Shown piece after piece: positions 9,322 through 17,861 of a stretch of 62,142 bases of DNA. Both the position numbers and the translations under genes were made by a program. The stretch's first letter is position 1. Each line of letters starts with the position of its first letter. The stretch lies in NCBI GenBank assembly GCA_026706565.1, contig JAPOYM010000071.1, forward strand, positions 1 to 62,142. The letters run 5' to 3'. Under the pieces are notes generated by a model. It was not told the origin of the DNA. It made no database searches and saw only the letters and a list, made by a program, of their open reading frames with translations. The stretch is from a bacterium. Its GTDB lineage: Bacteria; Actinomycetota; Acidimicrobiia; Acidimicrobiales; CATQHL01.

Positions 9322-9480
9322 GGGGCGAGACCCTGGCGCACGACGCTTGGCATTCCGAACAGGGGACCGGGTCTCACCACCTCTGAGCGCGCCGAGTTGG
9401 CACGGCTGCGCCGGGAGAACGCGCGGCTGCGCATGGAGCGTGATTCGCTCAAACGAGCGACGGCCTTTGGGGTCAAGGAG
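9322..9480 (+). pseudogene. IS3-family transposase OrfA remnant
   Basis: The frame reads ...LTTSERAELARLRRENARLRMERDSLKRATAFGVKE, the leucine-zipper end of IS3 OrfA. No OrfB or DDE domain follows. Confidence 0.6.
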
Positions 9481-9592
9481 TCTGGGGGTCCCTCACACGC
9501 ACCAAGACACCCCGACGCCTTGCGGCAGGACCAACAACTCCCGCCGCAAGACGACCTACGCGACTACCGACACCACAACAAGCACTCGCTCG

Positions 9593-11053
9593 TCAGTGCG
9601 TATGACAGTACCGACCCGGCCCAACACCATGACAATGCTGAGGCGGAGGAGGCGGCGGAGGCGGAGGCGGATGAGAATGCCCCGAGTGACAGTACCGACC
9701 CGGCCCAACACCATGACAATGCTGAGGCGGAGGAGGCGGCGGAGGCGGAGGCGGATGAGAATGCCCCGAGTGACAGTACCGACCCGGCCCAACACCATGA
9801 CAATGCTGAGGCGGAGGAGGAGGCGGGGGAGGAGGCGGATCCGGGCAGACGTGCTCGTTACCGCTGATCGCTGGCTGCTGGTCGCCGGTACACCTCGGCA
9901 ACACGTGAATGTGACAGTGCCGACTCGCACCAACCCCATGACAATGCTGACCAGCCGGCGGAGGCTGCTTCCGTATACACGTCTGCCCCAACAACGTGTA
10001 GCCCTCAGAACACTGAATTGTCCCACTTGAGGTCTTGGTGTCCAAACGCTCGCACTTAGAAGTCGCGAATTCCCCTCCTGGACCTGGACCTATTCGGGTT
10101 CCAAGAGCCACAAATCTCACGTTAACGTTGGGCTCGTTACAGTCAATCTCAAAGAGGCCATCTCTCCATCCTAAAAACCCCATCAGACCCGCTAGATTCG
10201 GATTATCGGCTAGCATTCTGGGGGTCACTGCCAAGTTCCACGCCTCAACTGCATCTCTGAGCACCTCATCAAAATCAAGACTACTTTCTTGCTGAATAGT
10301 GCTGATATTGCACACCTTTAGCTTCCCGCCCGCAGCGATAACATGACTACTAGCAACATATTCACTTTCCGAGACACTGCCACCATTTGCATTTGTAGAC
10401 GCTATTCGGTGGTCCAATCCATTCAGAGAACGCCGTTCATAGCCTGCAGCTGAGGGCTGTTTAGCAGACCCAACAAACTGATCAATCAGAGTGGTGACGA
10501 GAACGCGCCGTTGGGCGCTGCCGTTGGCGTTGGTGGCGACCACCCTTACGAAGACCTGGCCCGCCGCCACCGGGGTGATGGATACTGTCGAGCCGCTCAC
10601 CGAGACGCTCGCGACCGCCCCGTCGCGACGCGATGAGTAGTCGATTCTCACCGAATAGGAGTCCACCGGTCCCATGAACGGCTTGGACGCGTCGACCTCG
10701 ATGGCGGCGCCGCCGGCGACGAGATTCGGCGGTGTGCTGAAGTTGTCCCACCCCAGCGGCGGGTCATTCGAGTTGCGGATCACCACCACGAGAAACCTCG
10801 ATGCCGAACCCGCCGTGTTGGTGGCGACCACTGGGATGAGGGCACGGCCCGCCGCCACTCCGGTCACCGTCACCGTCGAACCGTTCGTCGTCACCGTCGC
10901 CTTCGACGTGTTCCGCGACGACGCCGTGTACGTCATCACCGTGCCCGTGAACGCCGAGGAGACATCGACCTCAAGCGTGTCGCCCACCAGCACCCAGACC
11001 GCGTCAAGAGCCGCGCCGGCCCTCGGTGCCGAGACCTGCGCGCCGATCGGCAT
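9593..11053 (-). CDS. secreted repeat protein: two Ig-like (Big_2-like) repeats, a Cys-containing middle domain, and C-terminal polyPro/His-Cys repeats. The 5' end is probably disrupted (see poly-G finding).
   Basis: 486-aa ORF. TVTVTGVAAGRALIPVVATN and VSITPVAAGQVFVRVVATN resemble bacterial Ig-like repeats. The C-terminus carries 3 copies of PPPPPPPPPPQHCHGVGPGRYCHSGHSH. The middle part is AT-richer than its surroundings. Confidence 0.7.
   Translation of the reverse strand: MPIGAQVSAPRAGAALDAVWVLVGDTLEVDVSSAFTGTVMTYTASSRNTSKATVTTNGSTVTVTGVAAGRALIPVVATNTAGSASRFLVVVIRNSNDPPLGWDNFSTPPNLVAGGAAIEVDASKPFMGPVDSYSVRIDYSSRRDGAVASVSVSGSTVSITPVAAGQVFVRVVATNANGSAQRRVLVTTLIDQFVGSAKQPSAAGYERRSLNGLDHRIASTNANGGSVSESEYVASSHVIAAGGKLKVCNISTIQQESSLDFDEVLRDAVEAWNLAVTPRMLADNPNLAGLMGFLGWRDGLFEIDCNEPNVNVRFVALGTRIGPGPGGEFATSKCERLDTKTSSGTIQCSEGYTLLGQTCIRKQPPPAGQHCHGVGASRHCHIHVLPRCTGDQQPAISGNEHVCPDPPPPPPPPPPQHCHGVGPGRYCHSGHSHPPPPPPPPPPQHCHGVGPGRYCHSGHSHPPPPPPPPPPQHCHGVGPGRYCHTH
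9607..9858. repeat. 84-bp tandem repeat x3 (coding; the 28-aa polyPro/His-Cys unit)
   Basis: Units start at 9607, 9691 and 9775. Confidence 0.85.
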
Positions 11054-11123
11054 GCCAACCGCGCCAACAAAAACACTAATAATAATTGAAAGAGATAATA
11101 ACCTAGTGAGAGTGTGACAAAGG

Positions 11124-11136
11124 CCCCCCCCCCCCC
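11124..11136. repeat. homopolymer C13 (G13 on the coding strand of the 9593.. gene)
   Basis: Counted directly in the sequence. It lies between an SD+ATG (11162) and the annotated ORF. Confidence 0.9.
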
Positions 11137-11459
11137 GGCTTAGGCTTCACTTGATCGAGCATGACTCGCCCTCCTCGAAAAATGTTCTCACCCATAGTTA
11201 GACTAGCACAGTTCTCCCGCCAAGTGCAAAAACCTCGCGGGGCTGTCGCGGGATAGTGCCAATCCGCTGGTTAGGGGCGGTTAGGACTGCCCCGGCGCCG
11301 AACGGGGATGCACTCCCGGCGAGCCGAAACCCTCGGCGCTGTAGCATCGTTCGACGATTCCGAAGGGAGGAGCCACAGGCGAATGCCGACTATAGATCAA
11401 TACCCGCGGGCGCATCCAAGCCGAGTCCGACTGCCCTCCGAGCCGAGGCTCCGCCCGTC

Positions 11460-12236
11460 GTGACCTCGCCAGCGCACCGGAAGAAAGTGCTGCTCACCGG
11501 CGCGGCAGGACACCTCGGGCGGCGGATTGCGGCCCATCTGGCGTCGAGTGGCTGCCATCTGGCTCTCAGCGACGTCGACGCGGCGGGGCTGGCCTCTCTG
11601 GCCGCCGAACTCACCGACGAAACAACAGCCGGGCACGGATCGGTCGTGTCGATTCCAGTCGACGTGACCGACGCGCAAGACGCCCGGGCCGCCGTCGGTG
11701 ATGCACAGGAGTCATTGGGCGGCCTCGACGTGCTGGTCAACGCCCACGGCATCGAAGGTCCGACCGCCCCGGTTGAGGCGCTCGATCCCGACGACGTGCG
11801 CCGGACGTTCGATGTGAACGTCATGAGCCTGTTCTGGCTCTGCGGCACCGCTGCTGAGATCTTCAAAACCGCCGGCGGCGGCCGGATCGTGAACCTGGCC
11901 TCGGGCGCCGGGCTGGCCGGCGGCGCCTTCACCGGCGTCTACCACGCCTCCAAGCACGCCGTGGTCGGTCTCACGCGCTCGCTGGCGCTGGAGTTGGGAC
12001 CGGCGGGAATCACCGTCAACGCCGTCTGCCCCGGTTTCGTGGAATCGCCGATGGTCGACCGCATCGTCTCGTCTCTCGGTGATCTGGACCTGCCCACCGA
12101 GTACGCCCACATGGTGCCGCTGGGCCGCTACGCCGACCCCGACGAAGTGGCCGAGACCGTCCGCTATCTGGCCTGCGAGGCGCCCGAATACATGACCGGA
12201 ACCTGCCTGGTGTTGGACGGCGGCCTGCGGGCCTAG
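11460..12236 (+). CDS. SDR family oxidoreductase (3-oxoacyl-ACP reductase-like)
   Basis: KKVLLTGAAGHLG Rossmann motif, YxxxK (YHASKHAV), and the C-terminal LVLDGG ending. The GTG at 11460 was chosen because the upstream part of ORF 11256.. covers a repeat element. Confidence 0.8.
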   Translation: MTSPAHRKKVLLTGAAGHLGRRIAAHLASSGCHLALSDVDAAGLASLAAELTDETTAGHGSVVSIPVDVTDAQDARAAVGDAQESLGGLDVLVNAHGIEGPTAPVEALDPDDVRRTFDVNVMSLFWLCGTAAEIFKTAGGGRIVNLASGAGLAGGAFTGVYHASKHAVVGLTRSLALELGPAGITVNAVCPGFVESPMVDRIVSSLGDLDLPTEYAHMVPLGRYADPDEVAETVRYLACEAPEYMTGTCLVLDGGLRA

Positions 12237-12349
12237 TTGTAGGTCGCCGATCTGGCTGAGACCGCTGTCCATGCCGGAACGCACCACTTGAACCGAGCCC
12301 CCACCCGCGGCATGAGACGTCCGGCGGCTGCCCCAGGACGATCGGAAGA

Positions 12350-13861
12350 TCATTCCAGCAGGCACGGCAGGTCCTGGCGGCGAATCTTGCCGGTGTCGGT
12401 GCGCGGGAACTCCTCGACGAAGACCACCTGGCGGGGTCGGCTGCGGCGGTCGAGTTGGGCGGCCACGAGGTTGGCCACGTCCTCGGGCCGGAGTTTGCTT
12501 CCGAGCGAGGTCCGGACGGCGGCGACCGGCACTTCGCCCCACTCGGGGTCGGGCACACCGAAGACCGCCACCTCGGCAACATCGGGATGGCCGGCCAACA
12601 CACGCTCGATCTGGGCGGGATGGACGTTGACACCACCGGAGATGATGACGTCCTTGGTCCGGCCCGCAAGCGTGAGGTACCCGCCTGCGTCGGCGGTGGC
12701 CAGATCGCCGGTGCGCAGCCAACCGTCGGCGAGGACCTCCGCGGTGGCCGCGGGATCGTCCCAGTACCCCGACATGAGCTTCGGTGCGCGAACCAAGATC
12801 TCGCCCACCTCTCCGGTGACGGCGTCGCCGCCATCGAGTCTGCGTAGCCGCACCTCCACGCCTGGCAGCGGCCGACCGATCGAGCCGAGACGGGGATCGT
12901 CGGGACCCGTCAGCGCCCGGTGATCCGCAGCGTTGAACCCACAGACGACCGCACAGGACTCGGTCAGCCCGTAGCCGTGGTAGAGGCCACACGGCAATTC
13001 CCGGCGCATCCGCAGGATCAGCGACCGCGCGCTCGGGCCGGCGCCGTACACCAGCAGCCGCAGTGACCTCAGCCGAGCTCGGCGGTAGCCATGGTGATCC
13101 AGGATCCGCTGGATCTGTGTCGGCACGGCGATCGTGCCGGTGATCCGTTCACTCTCCACGACACGCAGCCACCCCTCCGGCGAGAAGCGAGGCAGCACGA
13201 CGTGGGTGTGCGCGCCGTGGAGCATCGTGAAGATCCGCAGCCCTGCGGTGGCGTGGTACAGCGGCGTCGAGCTGAGGTAGACCTCGTGAGAGCCGAAGCC
13301 CTGATCTCGTTCGGCCATGGCGGCATTCCGGGTGACCGCCGCCTGGCTTAGGCAGACCCCTTTCGGGTCGCCGGTGGTGCCGCTGGTGTAGATCATCAAC
13401 GCCGTATCGCTCGGATCGGGAAGCGGGAGCGAGGCCTCGGTGGTGTCCGGCTGCCGCAGAGACACCGCTGCCCGGTAATCGGGGGAATCGGCCACCAGGG
13501 TCTCGAGTCCGGCGCGCCGCAATCCCACCGCGCCGTCGGCGTCGGCCAGCCCCAGGGCAGGTCGCGCGTCGTCGAGCAGGCGTGCGGCCTCCGCCGCGGC
13601 CATCGTGACGGGCACGGGCACGCAGGCCGCACCCAACCGTGCGGCCGCCAGATTGGCATCGAAGTGCATGACACCGGCCGCTGCCCGCACCACCACGCGG
13701 TCGCCCCGCCGAACTCCCCGGCCGGCCAGCCACGCCGCCAGATTCTCGCTACGGGCCAGCAACTCGGCGTAGCTCAACCGGAGGCCTTCGTCGATGACGA
13801 CCGCCAGTCGCCGCGGAGCTTTCGCCGCGGCGCGCCGCAGCAGGTGTGGGACCAGACTCAC
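12350..13861 (-). CDS. AMP-dependent acyl-CoA synthetase/ligase
   Basis: AMP-binding motif IYTSGTTGDPKG, then YGLTE, TGDL and GRTKD. GTG start at 13861 gives MSLVPHLLRRAAAKAP... The longer ORF (to 14536) overlaps the P450 gene. Confidence 0.85.
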   Translation of the reverse strand: MSLVPHLLRRAAAKAPRRLAVVIDEGLRLSYAELLARSENLAAWLAGRGVRRGDRVVVRAAAGVMHFDANLAAARLGAACVPVPVTMAAAEAARLLDDARPALGLADADGAVGLRRAGLETLVADSPDYRAAVSLRQPDTTEASLPLPDPSDTALMIYTSGTTGDPKGVCLSQAAVTRNAAMAERDQGFGSHEVYLSSTPLYHATAGLRIFTMLHGAHTHVVLPRFSPEGWLRVVESERITGTIAVPTQIQRILDHHGYRRARLRSLRLLVYGAGPSARSLILRMRRELPCGLYHGYGLTESCAVVCGFNAADHRALTGPDDPRLGSIGRPLPGVEVRLRRLDGGDAVTGEVGEILVRAPKLMSGYWDDPAATAEVLADGWLRTGDLATADAGGYLTLAGRTKDVIISGGVNVHPAQIERVLAGHPDVAEVAVFGVPDPEWGEVPVAAVRTSLGSKLRPEDVANLVAAQLDRRSRPRQVVFVEEFPRTDTGKIRRQDLPCLLE

Positions 13862-13887
13862 AGGCAGTCCAGCACTGCCGGCAGGTG

Positions 13888-15210
13888 CTAGTCCGCCAGC
13901 ACGACGCGAACGTGCCGGGGACCCCGCAACACGTACCCGGTGTCGCCGGGCACGTCCCCGGCGAACTCCACCCGCTCGAAGCGCTCCAGTAGATGGCGCA
14001 TCACCACCTCCATCTCCAGGCGCGCCAGTAGCGAGCCGGTGCAGTGGTGAGCCCCGGCGCCGAACGGCAGGATGTCGGCCTTCGGCGTGAACTGCCGGAA
14101 CGCATCCTCCCTGAAGCGGTCGATGATGAAGCGCTCCGGGTCCGCGAACACCGCAGGATCCCGGTTCGCCGAGCCCACGAGCGCGAAGAGCTTGGCGCCC
14201 GCAGCAAGCTCCGCGCCCCCCAGTTGCGTGTCGACGGCGGCTTGGCGCACCAGCCCGTGTGCCGGTGCGTTGTATCGGAGCGATTCCGCACAGGCCGGCA
14301 CGACCAGCTGAGACTCGACCCGCAGCCTCTCCCAGAGACCGTTCACCAGCAGTGCCTTCTGAAGGTTCGAGAGCGCCCGAGAGGTGGTCTCCACGCCGGC
14401 GGCCAGCAGCAGCGAGCAGGCCGAGGTAATCGTGTCGTCGCTGAGCGGCGCCCCCTCGAATCGAGCCGTGCACAAGTCCGACAGCAGGTCGTCGCCGGGC
14501 TCGGCCCGCTTTGCACGGATGACCGACTCCAGCCATTCCCCCAATTCGGCGCGGGCCTTGCGACCCCGGCGCTCCACCTCGGGATCGTTGCGGATGTTCG
14601 ACACGCTCGCTTTACCGATGGCGTCGTACCACTGCCGGAAGGCCGCCACTTCCGGAATGCCCATGAAGGTGGCGGTCATCTCCATGGGCATCTCGGTGTT
14701 CAGGACCTCGTGCAGATCCACGGGCTCGCCCACGGGAAGGCTCGCCACGATGCGCCCGGTGATCCGCTCCGCCAACTCCCGAAGGTCGCCCTCCATGCGG
14801 CGCCTGCTGCGAATCCAGCGACCCAGCAAACCGGCATGGAAGCTGTGCTCGCGGCCCTCCATGTGCAGGATGACACGGCCATGGATCATCGATGACCCGG
14901 GGCCGAAGGCCAGGGGTTCGAAACGCGCCCCGTCCTCGAACACCGTCCTGACGTCGGCGTGACGGGTCACGACCCAGCTTGCGGCTGCTTCGCTCCAGAA
15001 CACCGGCTCCGACGACCGCGCCTCGCGGTAGAGATCGAACGGCTCGGCGTCGTCGAACAGCACAGCGGCGAAGCGCTCGCCCAGCGAATCTCCACCCGGC
15101 GCGGGACCGGTCGGTTGCGTCGCAGCGCTGGCGGTCCGGCTTGCGGGCACGGCACCAGTGTACGAACCGCACACCCGTTCGACCAGACGCTTGCTTGGCA
15201 GCCATCGCAC
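13888..15210 (-). CDS. cytochrome P450
   Basis: Heme-binding loop FGAGAHHCTGSLLAR, I-helix LLLAAGVETTS, and ExxR. Confidence 0.85.
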   Translation of the reverse strand: MRWLPSKRLVERVCGSYTGAVPASRTASAATQPTGPAPGGDSLGERFAAVLFDDAEPFDLYREARSSEPVFWSEAAASWVVTRHADVRTVFEDGARFEPLAFGPGSSMIHGRVILHMEGREHSFHAGLLGRWIRSRRRMEGDLRELAERITGRIVASLPVGEPVDLHEVLNTEMPMEMTATFMGIPEVAAFRQWYDAIGKASVSNIRNDPEVERRGRKARAELGEWLESVIRAKRAEPGDDLLSDLCTARFEGAPLSDDTITSACSLLLAAGVETTSRALSNLQKALLVNGLWERLRVESQLVVPACAESLRYNAPAHGLVRQAAVDTQLGGAELAAGAKLFALVGSANRDPAVFADPERFIIDRFREDAFRQFTPKADILPFGAGAHHCTGSLLARLEMEVVMRHLLERFERVEFAGDVPGDTGYVLRGPRHVRVVLAD

Positions 15211-15263
15211 TCGGGACTAGTGTCCGACGCCGACCTACAGCCGCAATCCGAGGAGGAAGACCT

Positions 15264-17255
15264 GTGCGGAAGATTGGATTTCTACTGTTTACGCTCGCCC
15301 TTGTCGCCGGGGCCTGCGGAGGCGAGGACAGTTCCCCGGCCACGAGTCCGGCCCCGGCCGAGCCGGCACCGGCTCCGGCCGCACCGCCGGTGCCGGCCGA
15401 CACCGAGGCGTTGCCGGAGTTGACGTTGAGTGTCGGCCATTCGGGCGCGCCCGACGGGTTCGCCGACATCGCCTCGGTGAAGTTCAAGGAACTCGTGGAG
15501 GAACGCACCGACGGCCGATTCACCGTTGAGGTGTTCCCGAGCGGGCAGCTCGGCGGCGAGCGCGAGCTCGTGGAGGGCGCCCAGATCGGCTCGGTGGACA
15601 TCGCCGTGGTCCTGGCGGGAATCATGGAGTCCTTCGTGTCGGAGTTCGGCGTGTTGAACCTGCCGTACCTCTTCGACGACCGCGACCACGTCTTCGCCAC
15701 CCTCGACGGACCCGTCGGCGAGGACCTCCTGGCACTGCTGGACGGCGTGGACCTGAAGGGACTGGCCTTCGGCGAGTTCGGGTTCCGCTCGATGATGACC
15801 GCCCCGCGGCCCATCAACACCCCCGCTGACCTCAATGGCATCAAGATCCGCGTCCCCGAGTCGGATCTCTACATCAACACCATGGAGCTCCTAGGGGCCA
15901 CTCCGACGCCCATCCCGGGCCCGGAGATCTTCACGTCGCTGCAGAACGGCGTCGTGGACGCCACCGAGGCGCCGATCTTCGCGGCCGTCACCCAGAAGTA
16001 CTACGAGACGCCCCTTGAGCACCTCTCGCTCACCGAGCACATCTACGCCGCCCTGATGATGGTCGGCTCCCAGGACATGTGGGAGCGCTTGGGGCCCGAA
16101 GGTCAACGCCTGGTGAAGCGCGCCGCTCTGGAGGCGGTTACGCATCAGCGGCAGCGGTCCATCGCCGACGACGCCGGCTACGTCGCCGAACTCTCCAACC
16201 AGGGCTGGAGCATCACCGAGGTCGACAAGACCCCCTTCCGGGAGGCCGTCGCCCCGCTGTATGACGCCAACCCCGACCTGGCCGGCTGGGTGGAACGCAT
16301 CCGCGGCGTTGTGGGAGGCACGTCCCCGGCCACCGACGTGGAGGCGTTGCCGGAGTTGACGTTGAGTGTCGGCCATTCGGGCGCGCCCGACGGGTTCGCC
16401 GACATCGCCTCGGTGAAGTTCAAGGAACTCGTGGAGGAACGCACCGACGGCCGATTCACCGTTGAGGTGTTCCCGAGCGGGCAGCTCGGCGGCGAGCGCG
16501 AGCTCGTGGAGGGCGCCCAGATCGGCTCGGTGGACATCGCCGTGGTCCTGGCGGGAATCATGGAGTCCTTCGTGTCGGAGTTCGGCGTGTTGAACCTGCC
16601 GTACCTCTTCGACGACCGCGACCACGTCTTCGCCACCCTCGACGGACCCGTCGGCGAGGACCTCCTGGCACTGCTGGACGGCGTGGACCTGAAGGGACTG
16701 GCCTTCGGCGAGTTCGGGTTCCGCTCGATGATGACCGCCCCGCGGCCCATCAACACCCCCGCTGACCTCAATGGCATCAAGATCCGCGTCCCCGAGTCGG
16801 ATCTCTACATCAACACCATGGAGCTCCTAGGGGCCACTCCGACGCCCATCCCGGGCCCGGAGATCTTCACGTCGCTGCAGAACGGCGTCGTGGACGCCAC
16901 CGAGGCGCCGATCTTCGCGGCCGTCACCCAGAAGTACTACGAGACGCCCCTTGAGCACCTCTCGCTCACCGAGCACATCTACGCCGCCCTGATGATGGTC
17001 GGCTCCCAGGACATGTGGGAGCGCTTGGGGCCCGAAGGTCAACGCCTGGTGAAGCGCGCCGCTCTGGAGGCGGTTACGCATCAGCGGCAGCGGTCCATCG
17101 CCGACGACGCCGGCTACGTCGCCGAACTCTCCAACCAGGGCTGGAGCATCACCGAGGTCGACAAGGCTCCGTTCCGGGAGGCCGTCGCCCCGCTGTACGC
17201 CGAGAACCCCGGCCTGGCCGGCTGGGTGGAACGCATCCGCGACGTCGCCGGATAG
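15264..17255 (+). CDS. TRAP transporter substrate-binding lipoprotein (DctP family) with two tandem DctP domains
   Basis: SD GAGGAGGA precedes the GTG at 15264. Lipobox LVAGAC and a Pro/Ala linker follow, then two near-identical 312-aa DctP-like units. Confidence 0.75.
   Translation: MRKIGFLLFTLALVAGACGGEDSSPATSPAPAEPAPAPAAPPVPADTEALPELTLSVGHSGAPDGFADIASVKFKELVEERTDGRFTVEVFPSGQLGGERELVEGAQIGSVDIAVVLAGIMESFVSEFGVLNLPYLFDDRDHVFATLDGPVGEDLLALLDGVDLKGLAFGEFGFRSMMTAPRPINTPADLNGIKIRVPESDLYINTMELLGATPTPIPGPEIFTSLQNGVVDATEAPIFAAVTQKYYETPLEHLSLTEHIYAALMMVGSQDMWERLGPEGQRLVKRAALEAVTHQRQRSIADDAGYVAELSNQGWSITEVDKTPFREAVAPLYDANPDLAGWVERIRGVVGGTSPATDVEALPELTLSVGHSGAPDGFADIASVKFKELVEERTDGRFTVEVFPSGQLGGERELVEGAQIGSVDIAVVLAGIMESFVSEFGVLNLPYLFDDRDHVFATLDGPVGEDLLALLDGVDLKGLAFGEFGFRSMMTAPRPINTPADLNGIKIRVPESDLYINTMELLGATPTPIPGPEIFTSLQNGVVDATEAPIFAAVTQKYYETPLEHLSLTEHIYAALMMVGSQDMWERLGPEGQRLVKRAALEAVTHQRQRSIADDAGYVAELSNQGWSITEVDKAPFREAVAPLYAENPGLAGWVERIRDVAG
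15405..17255. repeat. in-frame 936-bp tandem duplication (2 copies)
   Basis: 15405-16229 appears identical by eye to 16341-17165. The last 90 bp or so of each copy diverge. Confidence 0.85.
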
Positions 17256-17303
17256 CACCGAGGCAGAGAGCCACAGCCAAGACCGAGGAGAGGCATCGAC
17301 GCG

Positions 17304-17855
17304 TTGAGTGGGCTTCCCAAACGGCTCGCCGAGCGGCTTCACTCCGCGAGCACGAGGCTCGAGCAGCACCTGCGGGTGCTGCTCGGCCTCGTGCTCGCCG
17401 TCCTCACGGGGATCCTGTTCCTACAGGTGGTGATGCGGTTCGTCTTCACGAACCCCATCACATGGGCCGAGGAGTTCCCGCGCATCATCCTGATCTGGCT
17501 GGTGTTCCTCGGACTGGTTCCGACGATCAAGGGCCAGCAACTGGTCATCGACGTACTGAAGGATCGCCCCTGGCTTCGGTTCCTCAGCACCGGCGTGAAA
17601 TGGGGGGTTCTGGTCTTCTTCCTGTTCAAGGGCATCGACCTGGTGGAACGAGTGGCCGACCAGAAGATGCCGGTCACCCAGATCTCACGAGCCTGGCAGT
17701 ACGTGGCGGCACCGGTGGGAGCCGGCATGGCCGCGATTGTGGGCATCGACGAGATCGTGGGCCTGATACGCAGTCGTGGCCGCGAGGTGACCGCCATGGA
17801 GAGCGTGCTGTCGGCCGCCGGGCTGGCCGACGACGCCCCATCCGGCGAGGACTAG
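17304..17855 (+). CDS. TRAP transporter small permease (DctQ family)
   Basis: 183 aa with 4 TM segments, located between the DctP and DctM genes. Confidence 0.8.
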   Translation: MSGLPKRLAERLHSASTRLEQHLRVLLGLVLAVLTGILFLQVVMRFVFTNPITWAEEFPRIILIWLVFLGLVPTIKGQQLVIDVLKDRPWLRFLSTGVKWGVLVFFLFKGIDLVERVADQKMPVTQISRAWQYVAAPVGAGMAAIVGIDEIVGLIRSRGREVTAMESVLSAAGLADDAPSGED

Positions 17856-17861
17856 GCGCCG

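Noticed and set aside
9394-9412. TGGCAC hexamers at 9397 and 20535 as canonical sigma54 -24 elements
   Set aside because: Neither is followed by TTGC at the -12 spacing. One lies in an IS remnant and the other inside the AtuA-like coding region.
9607-9858. Possible CRISPR or non-coding repeat array
   Set aside because: The period is 84 bp (28 codons), in frame inside ORF 9593..11053, and encodes the polyPro/His-Cys unit. It is a coding repeat.
12350-14536. 728-aa version of the acyl-CoA ligase
   Set aside because: The N-terminal 225 aa overlap the P450 gene and are Arg/Gly/Ala-rich. The GTG at 13861 gives a canonical ligase N-terminus.
14979-15263. N-terminal 95-aa extension of the DctP ORF
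   Set aside because: It overlaps the P450 gene start region and has no signal peptide. A strong SD precedes the GTG at 15264, which is followed by a lipoprotein signal.
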